Source of the DNA: a virus
Taxonomy: Duplodnaviria; Caudoviricetes
Length of the DNA stretch: 28,247 nucleotides
IMG/VR virus record: IMGVR_UViG_3300042430_000348
Coordinates: 1 to 28,247 of that record
Reading direction: 5' to 3' (one strand)
The translations under genes and the position numbers were made by a program. A model generated the notes under the pieces. That model searched no databases. It was not told the origin of the DNA and worked only from the letters and a program-made list of their open reading frames with translations. Positions 9,767 to 17,566 of this stretch are shown piece by piece. How positions within the stretch are numbered: position 1 is the stretch's first letter; every line of letters starts with the position of its first letter.

Positions 9767-9796
9767 AAAGGGGAGGTAAAGTGCCTTCCCTTTTTT
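9767..9796 (+). terminator. Intrinsic terminator
   Basis: AAGGGGAGGT...GCCTTCCCTT hairpin plus T-run after the capsid gene. Confidence 0.8.
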
Positions 9797-9818
9797 ATTT
9801 ACTCTAAAAAAACAAAAT

Positions 9819-10388
9819 ATGTGCGAAATAACAACAGGTAGACTAGAGGTCTGCAAAGATGTAGTTGGTGGAATTGACGCTATCTACTTCATTAATTACG
9901 GAGATTACAACGCAGCAACGGATGTAGTTTATACTGCTTCTACAGATACGATTGATACTATTGCTAACGTAACATCTCTTTACAAATACCAACTTAAAGG
10001 AACAAACACATTTGACCAAGTTATCACAACTTCACGTGAGAACGGAACATCATTTGTTGAGCAAACTTTATCAGTAGTTTTGAAAAAACAAGATGCTGCT
10101 ACACACAAGACAGTTAAATTGCTTTCTTACGGACGCCCTAACGTAGTGATCAAAACACGTAACAATCAATTCTTCCTTGCAGGTTTGGAACACGGAATGG
10201 AGTTAACAACTGCTAACGTGTCTAACGGTACTGCGATGGGTGATCTAGTTGGTTACACTTTGACGTTTGTAGGTACTGAGAAAATCTTAGCTAACCTTTT
10301 GGACGCAAATACTGAAACAGGTGCTACAGGTCTTGTAGGAAATGCAACGGCAGTATTCGGAGCGACTACAACAATCGTTACTACTTAA
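9819..10388 (+). CDS. Major tail tube protein (putative)
   Basis: 189 aa Thr-rich; 'C...GR...C...GGI' N-terminus and 'GYTLTF' C-terminal strand; flanked by terminators. Confidence 0.65.
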   Translation: MCEITTGRLEVCKDVVGGIDAIYFINYGDYNAATDVVYTASTDTIDTIANVTSLYKYQLKGTNTFDQVITTSRENGTSFVEQTLSVVLKKQDAATHKTVKLLSYGRPNVVIKTRNNQFFLAGLEHGMELTTANVSNGTAMGDLVGYTLTFVGTEKILANLLDANTETGATGLVGNATAVFGATTTIVTT

Positions 10389-10410
10389 TTCTTTTTTAAT
10401 AGCTTAATTG

Positions 10411-10438
10411 AAGGGGTGGCTTAGGTTACCCCTTTTTT
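10411..10438 (+). terminator. Intrinsic terminator
   Basis: AAGGGGTGGC-ttag-GTTACCCCTT plus T-run. Confidence 0.8.
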
Positions 10439-10441
10439 ATT

Positions 10442-10471
10442 TGCAACAAAACGGAAAGATTTAAGTTTATA
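10442..10471 (+). promoter_or_regulatory. Putative phage late promoter (copy 3)
   Basis: TGCAACA-aaacggaaagattta-AGTTTATA directly after a terminator and 4 nt before ATG 10476. Confidence 0.75.
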
Positions 10472-10475
10472 AAGT

Positions 10476-10808
10476 ATGATAGTATTAACGCCTTCTACAT
10501 CAGCTCAGACTTTTTCGTTTATTCCCAGATTTGAGAATTACACAACGATGGCAATTACTGACGAAGAAACAAATGTAACTACAACAGTTGCAATCACAAG
10601 TTCAACTCAGGGTGGCTATGTAAACACGATCACTGCAACTTTTGCTTTAAAGAATGATCACACTTACACACTTTTACTATCAAACGGAACAACCATTTGT
10701 CACAAGGATAAGATCTTTTGTACAAATCAATCAATCGCAACATTCTCCGTAAACAACGGACAATATACTTCTAATACTACCACAAACACTTACATAGTTT
10801 ATGAGTGA
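10476..10808 (+). CDS. Structural protein (possible head-closure protein)
   Basis: 110 aa Thr-rich beta protein directly upstream of the portal gene. Confidence 0.45.
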   Translation: MIVLTPSTSAQTFSFIPRFENYTTMAITDEETNVTTTVAITSSTQGGYVNTITATFALKNDHTYTLLLSNGTTICHKDKIFCTNQSIATFSVNNGQYTSNTTTNTYIVYE

Positions 10809-12585
10809 TAATCTACACATACTAAGCCTAAGTGCTTACACAACGCCTACAATTCAAGAATCCAAACGTGATAACTGGGTTGAATATGGAGAAGACAATA
10901 ATTACTATTCTTTCTTGATAGATAGATACACGAACTCAACTACAAATTCGGCTATTATAAACAACATAGCACGACTTGTATACGGAAAAGGACTAAGTGC
11001 ATTAGACGCTAACAGAAAACCTGCTGAGTACGCTCAAATGATGGCTTTATTCAGTAAGGATGACATCCGCAAAATTATTGTAGATCGTAAAATGTTAGGA
11101 CAATATGCTTGGCAAGTTCATTACAACGATAAACACGACAAGATCCTTAAAGCGTTTCATATTCCAGTAAACTTATTACGTGCAGAGAAATGCAACAAAG
11201 ACGGAGAAATCGAAGCGTATTACTACTCAGATGATTGGACAGATGTAAAGAAATATCCACCTTTACGCATACCTGCTTTCGGATTCTCAAATGAGAAAAT
11301 AGAAATCGTTTACTTCAAGCCTTATTCAGTTGGAATGAAGTACTATAGTTACGTTGACTATCAAGGATCTTTACCTTACGCACTTTTAGAGGAGGAGATT
11401 GCAGACTACTTGATCAACGAAGTACAAAACGGATTCTCTGGTACTAAGGTAGTAAACTTTAACAATGGAGTACCTACCGAAGAGCAACAATCAATGATCA
11501 CTTCCAAGGTGATGAACAAACTTACAGGTTCACGAGGTCAAAAAGTAATCGTTGCATTTAACGACAACCAAGAATCCAAAACTACGGTAGACGATATTCC
11601 TTTAAACGATGCTCCAGAACATTACACTTACTTATCAGAGGAGTGTTTACGTAAGATTATGCTAGGTCACAATGTTACTTCTCCTTTGTTATTTGGAGTT
11701 GCTAGTTCAAATGGATTCAGTGCAAACGCAGATGAGCTTAAAAACTCTGCAATCTTATTTGACAATATGGTTATCAGACCATTCCAAGAAGAAATATTAG
11801 AGTCATTTGACAAGATTCTAGCATATAACGGAATCAGTTTAAAATTATTCTTTAGAACATTACAACCTTTAGAGTTCACAGACCTTGAAAACACGCAAAC
11901 TGCTGAAGAAGTAGTTGAAGAAACAGGAGCAGACGCAACTCAGTTAAGCAAAATGGACAACGAAATAGCAGATGAGTTAATTAATTGTGGTGAGGTTGTA
12001 GATGAAAATTGGGTATTAATTGACGAATTTGAAGTTGACTACGACCAAGAGGATGAAATCGACTTAGAGATTGCAAACGCAAACAAATCTAAACAATCTT
12101 TATTGTCTAAAATATACAATTTTGTAAGTACAGGTACTGCTAATCCTAGAGCTAAATCAGAACAAGACGCAGTAGTTGACGGATTCAAGTTCATTACAAG
12201 ATATCGTTACGAAGGTGGCGTAAAAGACAACACACGACCATTTTGCAGGAAGATGGTTGCTGCAAACAAAGTATATCGCAAAGAAGACATCGTTAGAATG
12301 GGTTCTCAGGTAGTCAACGCAGGTTGGGGTGCTAGAGGAGCTGACACATACGACATCTTCCTTTACAAAGGTGGAGGTGCTTGCCATCACAAATGGATGC
12401 GTCAAACATTTGTTGCGTTTGAACAAGGACGTGGAATAGACCCGTTAAGTCCTAATGCAAAAACAATCAGTACAAACAAAGCAGAGAAAGCAGGTTACCG
12501 AGTTAGAAATCCACAACAAGTTGCAATGCGTCCTGTAGATATGCCAAATCAAGGCTTTTTACCAACCAATAAACGATTTAACTAA
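10801..12585 (+). CDS. Portal protein with a C-terminal extra (MuF/head-morphogenesis-like) domain
   Basis: N-terminal ~365 aa portal-like ('WVEYGEDNNY', 'IMLGHNVTSPLLFG', 'VIRPFQEEI'); acidic linker; C-terminal domain with RPFC and GGGACHH motifs. Confidence 0.75.
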   Translation: MSDNLHILSLSAYTTPTIQESKRDNWVEYGEDNNYYSFLIDRYTNSTTNSAIINNIARLVYGKGLSALDANRKPAEYAQMMALFSKDDIRKIIVDRKMLGQYAWQVHYNDKHDKILKAFHIPVNLLRAEKCNKDGEIEAYYYSDDWTDVKKYPPLRIPAFGFSNEKIEIVYFKPYSVGMKYYSYVDYQGSLPYALLEEEIADYLINEVQNGFSGTKVVNFNNGVPTEEQQSMITSKVMNKLTGSRGQKVIVAFNDNQESKTTVDDIPLNDAPEHYTYLSEECLRKIMLGHNVTSPLLFGVASSNGFSANADELKNSAILFDNMVIRPFQEEILESFDKILAYNGISLKLFFRTLQPLEFTDLENTQTAEEVVEETGADATQLSKMDNEIADELINCGEVVDENWVLIDEFEVDYDQEDEIDLEIANANKSKQSLLSKIYNFVSTGTANPRAKSEQDAVVDGFKFITRYRYEGGVKDNTRPFCRKMVAANKVYRKEDIVRMGSQVVNAGWGARGADTYDIFLYKGGGACHHKWMRQTFVAFEQGRGIDPLSPNAKTISTNKAEKAGYRVRNPQQVAMRPVDMPNQGFLPTNKRFN

Positions 12586-13085
12586 TGGCAGAAGCACTAT
12601 TTATCACACGCGATGACATCGTTCGTTACACGGCTTTAAATGGCAACGTAGACACGGACAAGTTCATTCAGTTTATCAAGATCGCTCAAGATATTCACAT
12701 CCAGAATTACTTAGGTACAAAGCTATTCCAAAAGTTACAAGCTGATGTTATCGCAGGAACTCTTGCAGGAAACTATCAAACGTTAGTTGTTACATACGTC
12801 AAGCCAATGTTGATCCATTGGGGAATGGTGGAATATCTTCCTTTCGCAGCTTACACAATTGCAAACAAAGGAGTTTACAAACATTCATCTGAGAACTCAG
12901 AAAACGTAGATAAAAACGAAGTAGACTATTTACTAGAAAAGGAAAGAAGTATTGCTCAGAACTACACACAGCGATTCATTGACTATATGGCATTTAACCA
13001 ACCTTTGTTTCCTGAGTATCGTTCAAACAAGAACAACGATGTATTCCCTGATTCAATGAACAATCATACAGGTTGGTATATATGA
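12585..13085 (+). CDS. Head-tail adaptor/connector (putative)
   Basis: 166 aa helical protein directly downstream of the portal (TAATG overlap). Confidence 0.55.
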   Translation: MAEALFITRDDIVRYTALNGNVDTDKFIQFIKIAQDIHIQNYLGTKLFQKLQADVIAGTLAGNYQTLVVTYVKPMLIHWGMVEYLPFAAYTIANKGVYKHSSENSENVDKNEVDYLLEKERSIAQNYTQRFIDYMAFNQPLFPEYRSNKNNDVFPDSMNNHTGWYI

Positions 13086-13186
13086 GAAAACGGATTAAGC
13101 TAGGTAATTACAAACCTAAAGAAACTAATGTAGAGAAGCTTCGTGTTTTTCTAGCTAAACTAAATAAAACAACAGTGCAAAAATGA
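13082..13186 (+). CDS. Small basic hypothetical protein (34 aa)
   Basis: MRKRIKLGNYKPKETNVEKLRVFLAKLNKTTVQK*; ATGA overlaps on both sides. Confidence 0.65.
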   Translation: MRKRIKLGNYKPKETNVEKLRVFLAKLNKTTVQK

Positions 13187-13608
13187 AAACCAATTTAACC
13201 TTATTAGCATTCTCCATTTGCACAATTTTAGCACCTGTTAAACCTTTAGTAATTATTGCAATTTTATCTATTATTTTAGATACGTGTTTTGGTATTTGGC
13301 GTTCAGTTAAAAAAGGAGGATGGAAGTCCATTCGTTCCCGTAGACTATCTCACACCATTTCTAAGACACTTTTGTACTCAGGTGCTATCGTTTTTGTGTT
13401 CCTGTTAGAAAAGTACGTTGTAGCCGATATTCTTGCACACTTCATTGCTATTGAATTACTAATGACAAAGGCGTTTACTTTCTTCTGCGTTTACACGGAG
13501 ATAAAAAGTATTAATGAAAGTTACTTCTCAGTTACAGGAGTTAATGTATGGGACAAGTTCAAGTCGTTCGCAAAAAGAAGTAAAGAAACCTTAGACGATT
13601 TAAAATGA
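13183..13608 (+). CDS. Holin (phage holin 4-like)
   Basis: Several hydrophobic segments, 'D..FGIW', 'I.SRRL', 'EIKSINE'; immediately upstream of the endolysin. Confidence 0.8.
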   Translation: MKTNLTLLAFSICTILAPVKPLVIIAILSIILDTCFGIWRSVKKGGWKSIRSRRLSHTISKTLLYSGAIVFVFLLEKYVVADILAHFIAIELLMTKAFTFFCVYTEIKSINESYFSVTGVNVWDKFKSFAKRSKETLDDLK

Positions 13609-14168
13609 CATTAATAGAAAAATACGTTAAGTTCACAAAGAAATGGGAAGGTGGACTATCCAGAGACAAATCAGATTCTGCATCTAGCTATCCGTGTCCA
13701 ACTGCTTACAAGGGAAAAACGGGATATCACACAAATGCAGGAATAACTTACAAAGCGTGGGTTTCGTTTTTTGGAACTGACAATGATGCACGTTTCTACT
13801 TAATGAACGCTGCTGATTGGTTTGCAATATTTAAAAAAGGCTACTGGGATGGCGTTAGAGGTGATGCTTATAATTCACAAAACATTGCAGTATTCGTTAC
13901 AGGGATGGCGTGGGGTTCAGGAGTTAAACAAGCGTCTAAATCTCTACAGGTGGCGATCAATCATTGTGGCTTACTTTGTACAGTAGACGGAATTATCGGA
14001 GTAAAAACGATTCTCCTAGCAAACTCAATCGAACCTAAAAAATTGTTTGATGCATTAACTGCTGAAAGAGAAAGATTCTTTTATGCAATTGGAGTAGGTA
14101 AAAACGCTAAATTCTTGACAGGATGGTTAAACAGACTAAACGATTATCGCTTTACATTTCGACCTTAA
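13605..14168 (+). CDS. Endolysin, glycoside hydrolase family 108-like
   Basis: N-terminal 'WEGG', 'TNAGIT', peptidoglycan-binding-type 'VDGIIG..T', C-terminal 'KFLTGWLNR'. Confidence 0.85.
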   Translation: MTLIEKYVKFTKKWEGGLSRDKSDSASSYPCPTAYKGKTGYHTNAGITYKAWVSFFGTDNDARFYLMNAADWFAIFKKGYWDGVRGDAYNSQNIAVFVTGMAWGSGVKQASKSLQVAINHCGLLCTVDGIIGVKTILLANSIEPKKLFDALTAERERFFYAIGVGKNAKFLTGWLNRLNDYRFTFRP

Positions 14169-14575
14169 TTATTTTAGGTTCGTGTTCTGCTAATTATCAC
14201 GTTCTACGTGCCATCAAAAAAGGCTACAGATGTGACGAAACTAGCGACACAATACAAGTTTCGACAATAGACTCAATTCCTTACGTTCTAAGAGATTCAA
14301 TTTATTGGGAGAAGGTAATTGTTCAGAAAGATACGATAGTTCGTTACAAGCGTTCCTACGTACCTCAAACGAGATTTCAGACACGTATTGAATACAAGTA
14401 CAAAACAAAATACATCAAAGCGGAAGCTCAAAAGGTCAAGTACCAAAATAAATACATCACAAAATACAAGACGCGTTGGCTGTTTGTTATCATTGCATTT
14501 ATTGTAGGATTCCTAGTTAGGTTAACCTTAAGCGAAACCTTCAGAAGCAGGATAAGACTTCTCACTAAACTTTAA
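14123..14575 (+). CDS. Lipoprotein, candidate spanin
   Basis: Signal peptide with lipobox LGSC and a C-terminal TM helix (WLFVIIAFIVGFLV); follows the endolysin. Confidence 0.6.
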   Translation: MVKQTKRLSLYISTLIILGSCSANYHVLRAIKKGYRCDETSDTIQVSTIDSIPYVLRDSIYWEKVIVQKDTIVRYKRSYVPQTRFQTRIEYKYKTKYIKAEAQKVKYQNKYITKYKTRWLFVIIAFIVGFLVRLTLSETFRSRIRLLTKL

Positions 14576-14577
14576 GT

Positions 14578-15615
14578 ATGAGCAAACAAAGTAGATTCAG
14601 ATTACAAGAAGACGAAATAGAAATATTAAACTCTTACAGAGCAATTAAATTAGAATCAAACGGACTTGGATTAGACGATAAAGATGTCAAACACGGATGG
14701 ATCAAAAACAAACACGCATCATTGTTCTTTAAAAATCCGAACTTTAAAGAAGCTGAGGAAGTAAATTACAAAGAGCTGCAGGAGTTGATCTTGCAAGACA
14801 TCAAAGATTTCAAACCTGAATATCCTACAATCTTTAGGAATCCATCAACAGACGGACACTTATTAGTAGTTGATCCTGCTGACATCCACATCGGAAAGTT
14901 ATGTGAAGCATTTGAAACAGGAGAAGACTACAACAATCAGATCGCAGTTAAACGTGTGAAAGAAGGAGTTCAAGGAATCTTAGACAAGAGTTCTGGATTT
15001 AATATTGACAAAATACTTTTTATCGGAGGAAACGACATCCTTCACATTGACACACCTAAACGAACTACTACAGGAGGAACACCACAGGACACGGATGGAA
15101 TGTGGTACTCTAATTTTTTAATCGCAAAACAATTGTATGTTGATATCTTGGAAACTCTGCTATCTGTCGCTGATGTGCATTTTACCTTTAATCCATCTAA
15201 TCACGATTACACACACGGATTCTTCCTTGCGGATGTTATTCAGACGTGGTTTAGAAACTGTGATAATATTACTTTCGATTGTTCTATTGCTCATCGGAAG
15301 GGATTTCTATATGGCAAGAATCTAATCGGAACAACACACGGAGACGGAGCAAAACACGAACACTTACCTTTATTGATGGCAACCGAGTTTCCACACGAAT
15401 GGAGCTTAACTAAGCACAGGTACGTTTATACTCATCACGTTCACCACAAAACAAGTAAAGACTACATTGGAGTTACTGTTGAATCATTGCGTTCACCCTC
15501 AGGAACGGACTCTTGGCATCACAGAAATGGCTATCAACATTCCCCTCAGGCAGTCGAAGCATTTTTACATCACAAAGATTTCGGACAAGTTTGTAGAATA
15601 TCACATATCTTTTAG
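14578..15615 (+). CDS. Calcineurin-like metallophosphoesterase
   Basis: Motifs DIHIG, GGND..H, SNHD, HGD, HHVHH. Confidence 0.8.
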   Translation: MSKQSRFRLQEDEIEILNSYRAIKLESNGLGLDDKDVKHGWIKNKHASLFFKNPNFKEAEEVNYKELQELILQDIKDFKPEYPTIFRNPSTDGHLLVVDPADIHIGKLCEAFETGEDYNNQIAVKRVKEGVQGILDKSSGFNIDKILFIGGNDILHIDTPKRTTTGGTPQDTDGMWYSNFLIAKQLYVDILETLLSVADVHFTFNPSNHDYTHGFFLADVIQTWFRNCDNITFDCSIAHRKGFLYGKNLIGTTHGDGAKHEHLPLLMATEFPHEWSLTKHRYVYTHHVHHKTSKDYIGVTVESLRSPSGTDSWHHRNGYQHSPQAVEAFLHHKDFGQVCRISHIF

Positions 15616-15623
15616 TATATTTG
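15616..15623 (+). promoter_or_regulatory. Bacteroidota -7 box TATATTTG, candidate small-RNA promoter
   Basis: Matches TAnnTTTG; followed within about 55 nt by a terminator, with no ORF in between. Confidence 0.5.
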
Positions 15624-15648
15624 TCGCTCATAGTTTTTTGGTTAGGTT

Positions 15649-15678
15649 AGGGGGTGTCGAAAGGCATCCCTTTTTTTT
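15649..15678 (+). terminator. Intrinsic terminator ending the late/lysis region
   Basis: AGGGGGTGTC-GAAA-GGCATCCCTT plus T8. Confidence 0.85.
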
Positions 15679-15680
15679 AT

Positions 15681-16130
15681 GGTTATAACCTTATAATTCA
15701 CATCATTAATTCAAGGTATAACCTGATATTGTGTCGCATATTTAGCAGATATTTGCGACATTTCCGTCACAAATTTGTCTAGTTTATGTGACAAAAAACT
15801 GGACATTCTAGCGGACATTTACCCTTGTTCTGTTTATTTTATCGGACATTTACCCTTGTTCCGTTACAAGAATGTAACATATTTACCCTTGTTTTGTTAC
15901 AAACATTTGCCACTATTTCGATTTATTGGCATTTGTATAGTTGACTATAACCTTACTTTAATGTGATTTTGCACATTATTTTCCACTATAGTGGTCTTAT
16001 AAACGCCAAAAACATATTATAATGTTACTTATAAGTTACTTTTTATACGCTATCAGGTATAAATTAAGTATATTTCTTTACATTATATGTTTTTCCATAC
16101 ATCTCAAATGCCTGTAAAATCAAGGCCTTT
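15681..16130. repeat. Non-coding array of diverse palindromes and direct repeats
   Basis: About 12 adjacent inverted repeats plus CGGACATTTACCCTTGTTC twice (15812, 15843) and a third ATTTACCCTTGTT (15881). Confidence 0.8.
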
Positions 16131-16174
16131 AAAAATAATTGTAAAAAAAATGAAAAAAAATGTTCATAAATTAG

Positions 16175-16202
16175 ATTTATATATAAATAGTCTATATATT
16201 TG
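16175..16202 (+). promoter_or_regulatory. Early promoter (-7 box TATATTTG 16195-16202) with a 14-bp palindrome upstream
   Basis: ATTTATATATAAAT at 16175-16188; first early ORF starts at 16225. Confidence 0.7.
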
Positions 16203-16224
16203 TTGAAACAAAAACGAAATAATT

Positions 16225-16392
16225 ATGAAAAAACGAGAAATGATTCAAATTATGATTGCAGAAGAAAAGCAATTATGGAAAGAAATGATGGAGTGCATTG
16301 ACAAATTTGGAATGCGTGATTCTTTTACGGATATCGCAGTCGCTAGATGGTCAGCTGTTAATAAACTAGTATGTAAATTAAGAGGAATATGA
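16225..16392 (+). CDS. Early hypothetical protein (55 aa)
   Basis: MKKREMIQIMIAEEKQLWKE...KLRGI*; A-rich leader; ATGA overlap with the next ORF. Confidence 0.7.
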   Translation: MKKREMIQIMIAEEKQLWKEMMECIDKFGMRDSFTDIAVARWSAVNKLVCKLRGI

Positions 16393-16586
16393 AAACACTA
16401 AACGAAAATCAAAAAGACATTTTAGGCACAGTAGTAGCATTGTCTTTATTTTGGCTTGTAATGGGTTATCTTTCGATTAACCAAGGAAACTATTGCCAAA
16501 CCAATAAAGTCCCGCAAATCGTAAAAAAACAAACCCAATCGCCAGTATTAGAGAAATACGGAGAATTAATTACTAAAAACAAATAA
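16389..16586 (+). CDS. Small membrane protein
   Basis: 65 aa with one TM segment (ILGTVVALSLFWLVMGYL). Confidence 0.7.
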   Translation: MKTLNENQKDILGTVVALSLFWLVMGYLSINQGNYCQTNKVPQIVKKQTQSPVLEKYGELITKNK

Positions 16587-16587
16587 G

Positions 16588-16929
16588 ATGAACAAATTTG
16601 AAATAACAGATTACACGCTTTCAGCTTTTAATATGCACTTGGAATATGTGTACGGAGAATATTATTACGAAGTTCTTTGCGACTTTGATTGGTCAGATGA
16701 TTGTACAGGACATTACACAGACTTTTCAGTTACTCCTTTGTCAGGTACGTTTTTTCACGAAACTACAGACGAAAAAGGAAACATTGAAATCACGGACGAT
16801 TATAAGCAATGGCTACAAGACAAAGTAAAAGAGTTCAGAAACCAAACGCTTTGGCTATACAACGAATCACTAGAGAAAATGCGTGATTTAGATACTGACG
16901 AAAAAGATTGGAGTTACTATGGTATTTAA
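16588..16929 (+). CDS. Acidic hypothetical protein
   Basis: 113 aa, D/E/Y-rich; tightly packed in the early operon. Confidence 0.75.
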   Translation: MNKFEITDYTLSAFNMHLEYVYGEYYYEVLCDFDWSDDCTGHYTDFSVTPLSGTFFHETTDEKGNIEITDDYKQWLQDKVKEFRNQTLWLYNESLEKMRDLDTDEKDWSYYGI

Positions 16930-17047
16930 ACTACAACGGATGATCAAGTTCTGGAGAACAAAGTCATCGCACGAAACAATAAGAGGAAGCTTTAATGAGG
17001 AGCTTTACAGAAGAATATGTGAAATTAAATTTAATCAAGAGTTATGA
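16919..17047 (+). CDS. Small hypothetical protein (42 aa)
   Basis: MVFKLQRMIKFWRTKSSHETIRGSFNEELYRRICEIKFNQEL*; fills the gap, ATGA overlap downstream. Confidence 0.6.
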   Translation: MVFKLQRMIKFWRTKSSHETIRGSFNEELYRRICEIKFNQEL

Positions 17048-17301
17048 AAAAAACAGCAGTAGAATTTTATGCTGAAAACGCAATGAAATTAGAAATAGAA
17101 AGGTTACACGGTAAAATTTCAACAGAACAAATGCTTAATAAATTATCAAGCGTATTAATTGAATCTAAAGAAATGGAAAAGCAACAAATAATAGAAGCTC
17201 ACGGAGACAAGCAAAAAACGAAATCTAATCCTGATAGCATTGTAACTTATGGATATACTTATACAGGTAAAGATTATTACAACGACAAATACGAGAAATA
17301 A
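17044..17301 (+). CDS. 'TAVE...KEMEK.QI...YY' family protein (paralog 2)
   Basis: Aligns by eye with 7448..7732 over the first ~53 aa. Confidence 0.8.
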   Translation: MKKTAVEFYAENAMKLEIERLHGKISTEQMLNKLSSVLIESKEMEKQQIIEAHGDKQKTKSNPDSIVTYGYTYTGKDYYNDKYEK

Positions 17302-17417
17302 TGAGCTACAAAAGAAAAGAAAACTATGAAGCTTCGATGCTAGGGATAGCATTAAGTTTAGTGCTAGGAGCAGTGATAATTTTAGTATCAGGAATCATTA
17401 AATTATTTACGTTATGA
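17301..17417 (+). CDS. Small membrane protein (38 aa)
   Basis: MSYKRKENYEASMLGIALSLVLGAVIILVSGIIKLFTL*; coupled overlaps at both ends. Confidence 0.65.
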   Translation: MSYKRKENYEASMLGIALSLVLGAVIILVSGIIKLFTL

Positions 17418-17566
17418 AATATAAACTAACATACAAAATAGGACTTGCAGTAGTTCAGGAATGGATCTTTACATCCAAAAGTTTATGCTATTGGAAGAAG
17501 ATGGACTTAATCGAAACAGGACGATTCAATATGGGTAGCTTCTATATAGAAGAATTTAAATTTTAA
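17414..17566 (+). CDS. Small hypothetical protein (50 aa)
   Basis: MKYKLTYKIGLAVVQEWIF...EEFKF*; abuts the next ATG. Confidence 0.65.
   Translation: MKYKLTYKIGLAVVQEWIFTSKSLCYWKKMDLIETGRFNMGSFYIEEFKF

Noticed and set aside
15472-15632. Minus-strand ORF starting at the CAT in CTCATAGTTTTTTGG
   Set aside because: It would be antisense to the conserved C-terminus of the phosphoesterase and no minus-strand promoter was seen; the sRNA reading is preferred.
15812-15893. CGGACATTTACCCTTGTTC repeats as a mini-CRISPR
   Set aside because: Only two full copies, 12 bp apart, plus a partial third; too short and irregular.
15775-15966. 63-aa ORF from the ORF track
   Set aside because: TTG start with no leader; the repeated HLPLF merely reflects the DNA repeats; it runs across the palindrome array.
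15959-15978. CRP/FNR box
   Set aside because: TGTGA and GCACA are separated by 4 bp rather than the canonical 6.
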